From: Candidatus Diapherotrites archaeon CG08_land_8_20_14_0_20_30_16
Lineage (GTDB): Archaea > Iainarchaeota > Iainarchaeia > Iainarchaeales > 0-14-0-20-30-16
NCBI GenBank assembly: GCA_002779075.1
Contig: PEXK01000029.1
Coordinates: 1-27,276 of the forward strand
Direction of reading: 5' to 3'
DNA: 27,276 nt
Part shown: positions 7,347 through 15,789 of the stretch, piece after piece
Layout of the letters: every line of letters begins with the position of its first letter
Position numbering within the stretch: the first letter of the stretch is position 1
Notes under the pieces: generated by a model
The model's database searches: none
What the model saw: only the letters and a program-made list of their open reading frames with translations
What the model was told of the DNA's origin: nothing
Translations under genes and position numbers: made by a program

Positions 7347-7703
7347 ATGACTAAGAAAAAAGTTCAAAAAACAGATTTGCATATTTTGCATAAAAGAATT
7401 TCAGGACATTTATCAAAAGAATTAAGAAAAAAATATAAAAAAAGAGCTTTGCCTATTCGCAAAGGGGACACAGTAATGATATTGGTAGGAAAATTTAGAA
7501 AAAAAGCAGGAAAGGTTACAAGCGTAAATACAAAATTAGGAAGCATAAATGTAGAATCTATTCAAATAACAAAGAAAGATGGCAAAACAGCACCAATCAA
7601 TATTGAACCATCAAATGTTATAATTACAGAATTATATGTTGATGATGAAAGACGATATAAACATATTAAAGTGGAAAATAAAGGTGAAAAGAATGGCAAA
7701 TAA
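7347..7703 (+). CDS. rpl24: 50S ribosomal protein uL24
   Basis: KOW motif (IRKGDTVMILVGKFRKKAGKVTSV). ATG 7347 follows GTGATATTT. The GTG 7338 start in the ORF track lies inside the SD. Confidence 0.93.
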   Translation: MTKKKVQKTDLHILHKRISGHLSKELRKKYKKRALPIRKGDTVMILVGKFRKKAGKVTSVNTKLGSINVESIQITKKDGKTAPINIEPSNVIITELYVDDERRYKHIKVENKGEKNGK

Positions 7704-8400
7704 AGGACATAAAAATCGTCAAAAAAGAATAAGTTATAATGGTAGATGTCAAATAAAAAGAAAAGAGTTTGTTTGGACATTTAACCAGGCACCTGGACCA
7801 TATGCAAAAAATACTGGCGCAACTTTAGGAAGTATAATCAGAGATATTTTGCATTTTGCTGATAATTCTAGAGAAATAAAATACATTTTGACAAATAAAG
7901 ATTGCAGAGTTAATGGAAAAAGGATAAAAGATGAACACTTTCCATTAGGTTTATTTGATGTTTTAGAATTTAAAGATGTTGATAAAAGATATAGAATCTT
8001 TTTGAATAACAAAAATAAATTTGTTCTCAAAGATTTGAGCAAGGAAAAATTGTTTAGACCTTGCAGAATTGTTAGCAAGAAAATAATAACGGGTTCGAAT
8101 ATACAATTAGGTTTTGATAATGGTTTTTCTTGGATTTTGCCAAAGACTGTAAAAGCAAATGTTGGAGACACAGTAGAATACAATATAGAAAAAGCAAAGT
8201 TTGGTGAAATAACAAAGTTGCAAGAAAATGCACAAGTATATGTTGTTGGTGGACCACACGTTAGCAAAATAGGCATATTAAAAGCAATTGTAAAAGGGGA
8301 TGTAACAAAAGCAAATGAAATAACTGTTGAAAGTGAAGGAAAAACATTCAAAACAAGAGAAAAATATGTGTTTGTTATTCCAAATGATTTAAAATTATAA
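7693..8400 (+). CDS. rps4e: 30S ribosomal protein eS4
   Basis: MANKGHKNRQKRIS...PGPY... is S4e-like. ATG 7693 lies 5 nt after GGTGA. Overlaps the rpl24 end by 11 nt. The upstream in-frame extension from 7636 is rejected. Confidence 0.92.
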   Translation: MANKGHKNRQKRISYNGRCQIKRKEFVWTFNQAPGPYAKNTGATLGSIIRDILHFADNSREIKYILTNKDCRVNGKRIKDEHFPLGLFDVLEFKDVDKRYRIFLNNKNKFVLKDLSKEKLFRPCRIVSKKIITGSNIQLGFDNGFSWILPKTVKANVGDTVEYNIEKAKFGEITKLQENAQVYVVGGPHVSKIGILKAIVKGDVTKANEITVESEGKTFKTREKYVFVIPNDLKL

Positions 8401-8417
8401 ATTCTGATGTGATATTT

Positions 8418-9026
8418 ATGGCTGAACAAGTTAAAAAGGAATTATTACAAAAAGCAGTAGTAAAAAAAACACCAGCAAAAAAAATTGTTGAACAAAAAGA
8501 AAAAAAGTATTCAAATAAAAATAACCCTATGAAATCAGTTTCTTTGGAAAAAGTAATTGCGCACATCTGTACTGGAGAAACAGGCCCAAAATTAGACAAA
8601 GCAAAACAAATTTTGCAAATATTGACAAACAGAAAACCTGTTGAAACAAAAGCAAAAGTTAAATTGCCTAAGTGGGGTTTGCACCCGGGGTTGCCAATAG
8701 GTGTTAAAGTAACTCTTAGAAATAAAGATGCAGATGCTTTTTTGAAAAAAACATTGGAGTCAAGATCATTTGCTTTAAATAAAAAAAGTATTGATGATGC
8801 AGGAAATTTTGCATTTGGAATACCAGAATACATTGATATTAAAGGTATGAAATATGATCCGAAAATAGGAATATTTGGTTTTGATGTAATTGTTTCTCTG
8901 AAACGAAATGGTTTTAGAGTGAAATACAGGCATTTAAAAAGAAAGAATCTTAATAAAAATTTGAGAATAACGAAAGCAGAGACAGAAGATTTTTTGATAA
9001 AAAATTACAATGTAAAGTTTAATTAA
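8418..9026 (+). CDS. rpl5: 50S ribosomal protein uL5 with a Lys-rich N-terminal extension
   Basis: L5 core (LEKVIAHICTGETGPKLDKA..., GLPIGVKVTLR, FGFDVIVSL). ATG 8418 follows GTGATATTT. Confidence 0.93.
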   Translation: MAEQVKKELLQKAVVKKTPAKKIVEQKEKKYSNKNNPMKSVSLEKVIAHICTGETGPKLDKAKQILQILTNRKPVETKAKVKLPKWGLHPGLPIGVKVTLRNKDADAFLKKTLESRSFALNKKSIDDAGNFAFGIPEYIDIKGMKYDPKIGIFGFDVIVSLKRNGFRVKYRHLKRKNLNKNLRITKAETEDFLIKNYNVKFN

Positions 9027-9036
9027 TGGTGATTTT

Positions 9037-9171
9037 GTGAAAGATGATAAAAAACAGGTGTGCAAGTTTTGTGGTAATGGAAGAGCAGTTATCAGAAAAT
9101 ATGGGCTATACTTGTGTAAACTATGCTTCAAGGATCGTGCAAGAGAATTAGGATTCGAGAAGCTGGAATGA
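9037..9171 (+). CDS. rps14: 30S ribosomal protein uS14 (short zinc-type), 44 aa, GTG start
   Basis: Absent from the ORF track (under 60 aa). GGTGAT(9028-33)+TTT+GTG. Translation MKDDKKQVCKFCGNGRAVIRKYGLYLCKLCFKDRARELGFEKLE* has the CxxC...CxxC S14 pattern and sits between rpl5 and rps8. Confidence 0.85.
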   Translation: MKDDKKQVCKFCGNGRAVIRKYGLYLCKLCFKDRARELGFEKLE

Positions 9172-9180
9172 GGTGAACTT

Positions 9181-9570
9181 ATGAGATTAGATCCATATAC
9201 AGATGCTTTAACTCACATAAAAAATTGTGATTTTGTTGCAAAGTCTATATGCAATGTAACACACATAAGCAAATTGTTGATAAAGACTTTAGAAATCTTA
9301 GCAAAAGAAAAATATATTGTTGGTTTTGATGTAAAATCCAAAGCAGAAAAGAAAGAAGCAGTAGTAAAATTAAATGGTATGCTTACAAACTTAAAAGCAA
9401 TAAAACCAAGATATTCTATAGAATATAGAGATTTTGAAAAATTTGAAAAAAGATATTTGCCATCCCGAAGCGTTGGAATTTTAATTGTTTCAACACCAAA
9501 AGGATTAATGACACATATCGAAGCAAAAAAAGAAAAAATAGGTGGAAGATTAATTGCATTTGTTTTCTAG
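9181..9570 (+). CDS. rps8: 30S ribosomal protein uS8
   Basis: DPYTDALTHIKN... N-terminus and GILIVSTPKGLMTH C-terminus are typical of S8. SD GGTGA. Confidence 0.94.
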   Translation: MRLDPYTDALTHIKNCDFVAKSICNVTHISKLLIKTLEILAKEKYIVGFDVKSKAEKKEAVVKLNGMLTNLKAIKPRYSIEYRDFEKFEKRYLPSRSVGILIVSTPKGLMTHIEAKKEKIGGRLIAFVF

Positions 9571-9571
9571 A

Positions 9572-9612
9572 CACTAAACAATGTATTGGAAAAATAATTT
9601 TTGTATGTTTCG
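9572..9612 (+). repeat. Family B intergenic repeat, copy f (forward, with a longer internal spacer)
   Basis: CACTAAACAATG...AATTTTTGTATGTTTCG. The rps8 stop TAG (9568-70) lies in a preceding CTAGACA that is tandem to CTAAACA. Confidence 0.4.
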
Positions 9613-9624
9613 AAGTGAAAAGAT

Positions 9625-10155
9625 ATGAAAACAGAAATTAAAATACCAGAGGGAATAACAGTTAGTGTTAAAGACAATATTGTTCAAGTAAAGGGCCCAA
9701 AAGGAAGCATTGAAAAAGAATTTAAATCTAAAGTAGTGTCTATTAAACTTGAAAATAAAGAAATTGTTTTAGAAAGTACGAATACTAGAAGAAAAGTGCT
9801 TTCAATTTTGTATACTACACAATCTATTATTGAAAATTTGATTTCTGGTGTACAGAAAAAATACACTTACACATTAAGAGGGGTGTATTCACATTTTCCA
9901 ATTTCTTTAACAATGAAAGGGAAAACATTTATAATAAGTAATTATTTGGGAGAGAAAAACCCGAGAACTATAGAAATTTTAGATAATGTTGAAGTGAATA
10001 TCAAAGGAAAGGATGTGATTGTTACTTCTGTTGACAAAGAAAAGGCAGGAATCGTTGCAGGTATGATAGAAAATAATGCAAAGGTATTGAACAAAGATAG
10101 AAGGACTTTTCAAGATGGCGTATATATAGTCTCAAAGGGTGTGCAGAATGAGTAA
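9625..10155 (+). CDS. rpl6: 50S ribosomal protein uL6
   Basis: IKIPEGITVSVKDNIVQVKGPKGSIEKEF is a typical L6 N-terminus. Conserved position. Confidence 0.94.
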   Translation: MKTEIKIPEGITVSVKDNIVQVKGPKGSIEKEFKSKVVSIKLENKEIVLESTNTRRKVLSILYTTQSIIENLISGVQKKYTYTLRGVYSHFPISLTMKGKTFIISNYLGEKNPRTIEILDNVEVNIKGKDVIVTSVDKEKAGIVAGMIENNAKVLNKDRRTFQDGVYIVSKGVQNE

Positions 10156-10591
10156 TAACATAAAGAGAATGCCTGTATTTAGAGGTAGATTTGGCACCCG
10201 ATCAAAAAGAAAAAAGACAAACCCAAAATGGAATAAATGGAGATATCCTCGAGGAATAGATATTTCTTGGCGTAGAGGCGACAATCAAATGCCAAAGATT
10301 GGTTTTGGCTGTGACAAAAAAAGAAAAGCATTACACCCATCAGGTAGAAAGGAAGTTTATATTAGAAATTTAAAAGACCTACAGAATTTTATTGAAAAAA
10401 ATAAAGATATAAAAAATTTTATTTTTAGAATGGCATCAAAATTAGGTAAAAAGAAAAGAGAGGAAATAAAAAAGTTTTGTGATAAACACAAATTGAGAGT
10501 AATTAATATATTTGAGAAAAAAATAGAACCTGAAAAAGATAACATAAAAATAGTAAAAAAGAATGATGATGTAAAAAAGGTGTCTAAATGA
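10148..10591 (+). CDS. rpl32e: 50S ribosomal protein eL32
   Basis: WRYPRGIDISWRRG...IGFGCDKKRKALHPSGRKEVYIRNLKDL is L32e-like. ATG 10148 is preferred over GTG 10139. Overlaps the rpl6 end. Lys-rich C-terminal extension. Confidence 0.9.
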   Translation: MSNNIKRMPVFRGRFGTRSKRKKTNPKWNKWRYPRGIDISWRRGDNQMPKIGFGCDKKRKALHPSGRKEVYIRNLKDLQNFIEKNKDIKNFIFRMASKLGKKKREEIKKFCDKHKLRVINIFEKKIEPEKDNIKIVKKNDDVKKVSK

Positions 10592-11019
10592 ATATGAAAT
10601 CAGCTCGCAGAATTGTTGCAAGAAAAAGGGATGTTGGAATTAGCAGATTAAAAGTAGATTCTAGTGCTTTAAAAAAAATAAAAGAAGCAATAACTGGTTC
10701 TGATTTAGAGACTTTGATGAAAGATAATGTTTTCACAATTAAAGGCAAGGGCCAAAGTAAAGGTAGAGCAAGAGTATTAAAAGCAAAAAAAAGATTGGGC
10801 AGAAGAAAAGGAAAAGGAACAAGAAGAGGAACAAGAAACTCAAGAACTAAATTTCATGAAAATTGGATTAAAAAGGTTCGCGCTCAAAGAAAATATATTT
10901 TAGAACTTTCAAAAAATAAAAAAATAGATAAAGAAAAATATAGAGACTTATATAAGAAAATAAAAGGTGGATTTTTTAGAAGCAAAGGACACATAGATTC
11001 TTACTTAAGCAAAAAATAG
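10588..11019 (+). CDS. rpl19e: 50S ribosomal protein eL19
   Basis: KSARRIVARKRDVGISRLKV... and GRRKGKGTRRGTRNSR are L19e-like. ATGA overlap with rpl32e. Confidence 0.92.
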   Translation: MNMKSARRIVARKRDVGISRLKVDSSALKKIKEAITGSDLETLMKDNVFTIKGKGQSKGRARVLKAKKRLGRRKGKGTRRGTRNSRTKFHENWIKKVRAQRKYILELSKNKKIDKEKYRDLYKKIKGGFFRSKGHIDSYLSKK

Positions 11020-11038
11020 AAAAGTGATGTGATATTTT

Positions 11039-11524
11039 ATGACAGTATATCAAAGAAGAAGAGAAATGAAAACAAATTATGAAAAGAGATTGGCATTATT
11101 GAAATCTGGTAAAAATAGAGTTGTTGTAAGACTGTCAAATTTATACTTACATCTTTTGTATATAGAACATAACCCAAAAGGAGATATTACAAAGTTTTCT
11201 TTAACTTCAAAATCTTTAAAAAGTTTCTGTTGGCCTAAAGGCTATAGATCTTTACCAGCATGTTATTTAGCAGGGTTTTTATTTGGCAAAGAAGTAATAA
11301 AAAGAAAACTGGGAATAGAAGCAGTTCTAGATTTGGGTTTGCAAAATGCTTTTAAAAAAGGTAGATTATTTGCAGGTGTTAAAGGTATGATCGATAGCGG
11401 TTTGAAAATTCCTGCAAGTTCAGAGGCTTTCCCACCAGAAGATCGATTGAAAGGAAAACATAATAAAACTGAGCAGTTATTTAATACAGTAAAAAGTACT
11501 ATAGATGCTAAATTTGCACATTAA
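11039..11524 (+). CDS. rpl18: 50S ribosomal protein uL18
   Basis: RRREMKTNYEKRLALLKSGKNRVVVRLSN... is an archaeal L18 N-terminus. SD GTGATATTTT precedes the ATG. Confidence 0.92.
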   Translation: MTVYQRRREMKTNYEKRLALLKSGKNRVVVRLSNLYLHLLYIEHNPKGDITKFSLTSKSLKSFCWPKGYRSLPACYLAGFLFGKEVIKRKLGIEAVLDLGLQNAFKKGRLFAGVKGMIDSGLKIPASSEAFPPEDRLKGKHNKTEQLFNTVKSTIDAKFAH

Positions 11525-11550
11525 AGAAGATTATATGTTGGTGATATTTT

Positions 11551-12300
11551 ATGGCAGAGAAATTTAAGCAGGCAATGAGAAAAAGTCAGAGAAGAATAGA
11601 ATATGCAAAAGCACCAGCTGTTAAAGTAGATGATAAAGAAGCAATAGTTGAAGCAGTGCATAGAAAAAGAGTTAAGAAACTTCTTTTTGGCGAGAATATT
11701 GGAGATTGGCTGCCAAAAACAGAATTAGGAAAGAAAGTAAAAGCAGGAGAAATAAAAGATTTGAACGAAATTTTTGATAAAAATCTAAAAATTATGGAAC
11801 CAGAAATTGTTGATTTTTTTATAAAAGAAATAAAAGAAAAATTAATGGATACAACAAAAACATCTTATGTAAGAATGGCTGGTCGTAAATACGGTTACAG
11901 ATGTGCAGTTTTAATTGGCGATGGTTCTAGTTTTTTGGGTTTTGGAATTGCAAAAGACAAAGATAAATGGACTTCTGCAGGTAAAGCTGCAAGAATGGCA
12001 AGATTGAATTTAATAAGAGCAAAAAGAGGTTGCGGTAGTTGGGAATGTACTTGTGGTACAGGACATTCAGTTCCTTTTAATGTTAGTGGGAAAACAGGAG
12101 CATCAAGAATTACTTTAATGCCGGCCCCTTTGGGTACTGGTTTGGTTGCAACAGAAGTTGTAAAACCAGTGTTAGAGTTTGTAGGAATTAGTGATATTTG
12201 GTCAAGAACAAGCGGTGAAACATCAACAAAAATAAATATTATTCAAGCAACAATAGATGCTTTGAAAAGTACATTCAGAAAGGAGAAAACATCCCATTAA
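11551..12300 (+). CDS. rps5: 30S ribosomal protein uS5
   Basis: VRMAGRKYGYRCAVLIGDG..., ITLMPAPLGTGLVA. SD GGTGAT. Confidence 0.94.
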   Translation: MAEKFKQAMRKSQRRIEYAKAPAVKVDDKEAIVEAVHRKRVKKLLFGENIGDWLPKTELGKKVKAGEIKDLNEIFDKNLKIMEPEIVDFFIKEIKEKLMDTTKTSYVRMAGRKYGYRCAVLIGDGSSFLGFGIAKDKDKWTSAGKAARMARLNLIRAKRGCGSWECTCGTGHSVPFNVSGKTGASRITLMPAPLGTGLVATEVVKPVLEFVGISDIWSRTSGETSTKINIIQATIDALKSTFRKEKTSH

Positions 12301-12316
12301 ACAGACAAACGTTATG
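12293..12316 (+). repeat. Family B intergenic repeat, copy g (forward, 5' part only)
   Basis: CCCATTAAACAGACAAACGTTATG is 20/24 identical to copy a (CCCATTAGACAGATAAATTTTGTG). The rps5 stop TAA (12298-12300) is the TAA of the motif core. Confidence 0.5.
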
Positions 12317-12335
12317 CAAGATGTGAGGAATATTT

Positions 12336-12797
12336 ATGTTAACTGCAATAGTAAGAATCAGAGGAAGTGTTGGCGTAAGAAAAGAAATAAAAGATACTAT
12401 GAAGATGCTTTGCTTGACAGAAAATAATCATTGTGTAGTGTGTAAAGAAAATCCAGTTCTAACTGGAATGTTATTTAAAGTCAAGGATTATGTTACTTTT
12501 GGAGAAATAGATAAAATCACATTGACTAGTTTGATAAAAAAACGTGGTAGATTATTAGGCGATAAAAGAATAACTGATGAATGGTTAAAAACAAACAAAA
12601 TGACTTTGGATAAGTTAGTAGAACAATTTGAAAAAGATCCAAAAAGTGTTTATACTTTGGGATTAAAAAAAGTTTTTAGATTAAGCCCACCAAGCAAAGG
12701 TTTTGGGAAAGTAGGAATTAAATATCCGTTTGTACAAAAAGGCGCTTTAGGCAACAGAAAAGAAGCTATTAATTTATTGCTAAAAAGGATGATATAA
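12336..12797 (+). CDS. rpl30: 50S ribosomal protein uL30
   Basis: AIVRIRGSVGVRKEIKDTMKMLCL is an L30 N-terminus. Conserved position. Confidence 0.92.
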   Translation: MLTAIVRIRGSVGVRKEIKDTMKMLCLTENNHCVVCKENPVLTGMLFKVKDYVTFGEIDKITLTSLIKKRGRLLGDKRITDEWLKTNKMTLDKLVEQFEKDPKSVYTLGLKKVFRLSPPSKGFGKVGIKYPFVQKGALGNRKEAINLLLKRMI

Positions 12798-12798
12798 A

Positions 12799-13218
12799 AT
12801 GAGCGTGCGTAGAGCTAAGAAATTAAAGAAAAGATTAGGGGCTGGAAGAACAAGAGGCGCAGGAAATACTGAAAACAGAAGAGGTGCCGGCTCAAAAGGT
12901 GGAAAAGGATTAACAGGCAAGTTCGGACACAAGAAACAGCTGTTTTTTCATTTAATTGGTACAAAAATAAAAAATAAACCAGTAACATTTATAAATTCTA
13001 TAACCTTTAATGAAATAAACGAATATATTTACAAACAATTAAAAACAAAGAAATTAGCTGAGCCAGTATTACTTGATTTTTCAGAGGATAAATTTTTACA
13101 AAAATATAATAAAATTGTTTCTAAAGGTAAATTGAACTACAAAGTATCTGTTAAGAATGTTGCTTTGACAGAAAGAGCAAAAAAAGAGATTGTTTCAAAA
13201 GGGGGTTTAATTGAATGA
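12799..13218 (+). CDS. rpl15: 50S ribosomal protein uL15
   Basis: Gly/Arg-rich N-terminus (GAGRTRGAGNTENRRGAGSKGGKG). Position between rpl30 and secY. Confidence 0.92.
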   Translation: MSVRRAKKLKKRLGAGRTRGAGNTENRRGAGSKGGKGLTGKFGHKKQLFFHLIGTKIKNKPVTFINSITFNEINEYIYKQLKTKKLAEPVLLDFSEDKFLQKYNKIVSKGKLNYKVSVKNVALTERAKKEIVSKGGLIE

Positions 13219-14621
13219 GCTTTGCAAGTTTTATTTCTGCAATTTCCAAATTTCTCCCCTCTGTTGAAGCTCCTAAGGCTAAGCCAGGACTATCAGGAAG
13301 ACTTAAATATAGTTTTTTTGTTTTGGTTATCTTTTTTATTTTAGGAAACATAGCTCTTGTAGGACTGACTCCTGCTGCAGTTTCTGGATTGGGAATTTAT
13401 CAGATTATTTTAGCCAGTAATATTGGCACTCTTTTAACAGTAGGTATTGGACCAATAGTTGTTGCATCTATTATTTTACAATTGCTTGTTGGTACAAAAA
13501 TTTGGAAATTGGATTTTGGCAATCCGGAAGAAAGAGCACTTTTTTCAAGTACACAAAAGATTTTAGCAATAATTCTTTCTTTTTTTGAAGCACTGGTTTA
13601 TGTTCAAATTGGTTTTTTAACACCTCAAGCAGGAATGTTTTTCTGGGTTGTTTTGCAGGTCGCTTTAGGATCAATAGTTCTTTTATATCTTGATGAAGTT
13701 GTTCAGAAATATGGTATTGGTTCTGGAATAAGTTTGTTTATTGCTGGGGGTGTAGCAGCAGCAGTTATTTGGAGAGTTTTCAATCCTGTGAGTACTATTG
13801 GTTTGGGTCTCAAAATAGTTTCGGGTGGTGCAGCATTTGATTTTGCAACAGGTGCAGGTTTGCTTTGGAGATTCTTTGCAGAATTAGGAAACAGTTTGTA
13901 CACTGCATTAGTTCAGCACATATTTCCAATATTGTTTGCTTTGATAATTTTCTTTATTGTTATTTATTTTGAAGGGGTGTATGTAAACATTCCCATTACT
14001 ATGGGCAGGAGCTCCCAGTTTGGCAGATATCCTGTAAAATTCTTTTATGTGAGCAATTTGCCAGTTATACTAAGCGCTGCATTATTTGCAAATATTGCTT
14101 TGATTTATGCAATTGTTGAAAAAAAAGCAATTCCTTTTTTGACAACAGGTTTATTTTATTTAAGCAAGTACACAACCGCGCCATATGACCTCACGGAAAA
14201 TTTGTTTTTGCAGGGATTCGCTGGTCTTGGAGGGCAAATTCTTCAAGCAGTTATTTACTTGATATTACTCTCTATAGTATGTGTTTTCTTTGGTGTTATG
14301 TGGGTAAAAATGGCAGGTCAGGATTCAGAAGCTGTGTCTAATCAGCTCCAGAGAAGCGGAATGTTTTTGCCAGGCTTTAGACGTGATCCAAGAGTGATAA
14401 AATCTGTTTTGGATAGATATATTCCTACAATAACAATTATTGGCTCGATTTTTGTTGCTGTGCTTGCAGGATTTGCAAGTATTACGAATGCAGTTGGAAC
14501 AGGTATGGGAATACTTTTAACTGTTGATATTGTTTATAGATTATATGAGGAAATTGTTAAAGAACAAGTGAGTACAGATTCTGGACTGTTAACAAAATTA
14601 GTTAGTGGTATGAAACATTAA
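13215..14621 (+). CDS. secY: Preprotein translocase subunit SecY
   Basis: 468 aa polytopic membrane protein with SecY/Sec61alpha features. ATGA overlap with rpl15. Canonical position. Confidence 0.95.
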   Translation: MSFASFISAISKFLPSVEAPKAKPGLSGRLKYSFFVLVIFFILGNIALVGLTPAAVSGLGIYQIILASNIGTLLTVGIGPIVVASIILQLLVGTKIWKLDFGNPEERALFSSTQKILAIILSFFEALVYVQIGFLTPQAGMFFWVVLQVALGSIVLLYLDEVVQKYGIGSGISLFIAGGVAAAVIWRVFNPVSTIGLGLKIVSGGAAFDFATGAGLLWRFFAELGNSLYTALVQHIFPILFALIIFFIVIYFEGVYVNIPITMGRSSQFGRYPVKFFYVSNLPVILSAALFANIALIYAIVEKKAIPFLTTGLFYLSKYTTAPYDLTENLFLQGFAGLGGQILQAVIYLILLSIVCVFFGVMWVKMAGQDSEAVSNQLQRSGMFLPGFRRDPRVIKSVLDRYIPTITIIGSIFVAVLAGFASITNAVGTGMGILLTVDIVYRLYEEIVKEQVSTDSGLLTKLVSGMKH

Positions 14622-14622
14622 T

Positions 14623-14656
14623 ACACTAGACATGCCAATTTTATGTATGGCTATGG
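14623..14656 (+). repeat. Family B intergenic repeat, copy b (forward)
   Basis: ACACTAGACATGCCAATTTTATGTATGGCTATGG begins 2 nt after the secY stop. Confidence 0.65.
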
Positions 14657-14765
14657 TGTATTAAAAGATATTTTTGTATGTTGTGAAGGTGTATTTTTTA
14701 GTGTTATAGCCAATACAAAATCAACATATAAAACAAACATATATATGCTGTATAGTGTGATAGAA

Positions 14766-15215
14766 ATGGATTATGTGCCAGCTTTGATTGTAGGAGTTAT
14801 TTCAATTTTGTATTCTGCATTTTTATTTTCATATCAAAGATATTTGGATAAAAAAAATAACACAAAAGAAAAAAATGTAAAAATGAAAGAGATACAAGCA
14901 AAGATTTCTGATAATTACAAAACAAAGGATGCAAAAGATCCTGCAGTAGCAGAGGAAAACTCAAAATTGCAAAAAGAAATGATGTCTATAAGTATGGGCA
15001 TGATGAAAACACAATTCAAAAGTATGCTTTGGATAATGCTTTTAGGTTTAGTTGTTTTGTATGCTGTTAATCTTTTCAGATATGGCGGTTTTCCAATTGG
15101 TGGTTTTTGGGTATTCTCAAATGTTATAACTTGGTTTATTTTAATATCTTTGGCAGCAAACATAATCTACAAAATAATATTTTCACAATTAGATAAAAGA
15201 AATATGTTGAATTAA
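14766..15215 (+). CDS. DUF106/EMC3-TMCO1-like membrane protein (archaeal YidC/Oxa1-like insertase homolog)
   Basis: TM-coiled K/E loop-TM-TM layout (MDYVPALIVGVISILYSAF...KEIQAKISDNYK...MMKTQFKSMLWIMLL...). Canonical slot between secY/adk and rpl34e/cmk. ATG 14766 is 4 nt after GTGAT. The 41 upstream codons from 14643 overlap the repeat and are probably leader. Confidence 0.75.
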   Translation: MDYVPALIVGVISILYSAFLFSYQRYLDKKNNTKEKNVKMKEIQAKISDNYKTKDAKDPAVAEENSKLQKEMMSISMGMMKTQFKSMLWIMLLGLVVLYAVNLFRYGGFPIGGFWVFSNVITWFILISLAANIIYKIIFSQLDKRNMLN

Positions 15216-15223
15216 CAGCAAAT

Positions 15224-15253
15224 CAACACATAAAAAATATACTGTCTAGAGGG
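15224..15253 (-). repeat. Family B intergenic repeat, copy b' (inverted)
   Basis: Its reverse complement reads CCCTCTAGACAGTATATTTTTTATGTGTTG. It begins 9 nt after the DUF106 stop and directly abuts family A copy 3. Confidence 0.65.
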
Positions 15254-15308
15254 ATGTTTATGGCCAGTTATAATTTTCTCAATAAATCAAAAATTATAAC
15301 AGATCCCT
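15250..15308 (+). repeat. Family A hairpin, copy 3 (upstream of rpl34e)
   Basis: Perfect 11-bp helix GTTATAATTTT(15267-77)/AAAATTATAAC(15290-300), A66/A01 mismatch, C65-G02 pair, outer helix AGGGAT(15250-55)/ATCCCT(15303-08). Flanked by GAGGGATGTTTATGG (15249-63) versus the real RBS GAGGTGATTTTTATGG (15320-35). Confidence 0.7.
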
Positions 15309-15331
15309 AAAAATTAAAAGAGGTGATTTTT

Positions 15332-15661
15332 ATGGTAGCACCGGGAAAAAGAAATTTAAAGAAAAAATTTGTAAGAACAGTAAAAAGTACAAAAGAATAC
15401 AGATTTAGAGAAAAACCTAAAGGAGCATATTGTGCATTGTGCAACAAGAAGTTGCAGGGAGTGCCTAGAGGCGATTTAAGGAAATTGTCAAAAACAGAGA
15501 AAAGGCCAAGTGTTTTGTTTGGTGGAATTCTGTGCTCAGATTGCAGGGATTCTTGCTTTGACGATGCAATTATGTTAAAGACAGGACTGATCAAGGATTC
15601 TGATGTGTCTTTTAGCAAGAAACACTACGTAAAAGAAGCAGTAGCTAAGATACAAATATAA
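15332..15661 (+). CDS. rpl34e: 50S ribosomal protein eL34
   Basis: RTVKSTKEYRFREKPKGAYCALCNKKLQGVPR...CSDCR is L34e-like with a zinc ribbon. ATG 15332 follows GGTGATTTTT. Confidence 0.9.
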   Translation: MVAPGKRNLKKKFVRTVKSTKEYRFREKPKGAYCALCNKKLQGVPRGDLRKLSKTEKRPSVLFGGILCSDCRDSCFDDAIMLKTGLIKDSDVSFSKKHYVKEAVAKIQI

Positions 15662-15789
15662 ATAACATATATCAATATTATATATTGCTTCTAGCAAAGA
15701 TTATCAGTACGGGTAATCTAAAGATTGTTTTTTGGCTGACGTATAACCTTTTATTGAGGTTGCCAAACTTTTGTTTGTTAGTGATATTT

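Noticed and set aside
14643-14765. A 41-codon N-terminal extension of the DUF106 protein from ATG 14643.
   Set aside because: It overlaps the family B repeat, lacks an SD and is not membrane-protein-like. ATG 14766 has a consensus GTGAT-N4 RBS and starts directly at TM1, as expected for the family.
15685-15789. A 35-codon N-terminal extension of the cmk-like ORF from 15685.
   Set aside because: It has a non-ATG start without an SD. The consensus GTGATATTTATG precedes ATG 15790, which aligns with the Cmk N-terminus.
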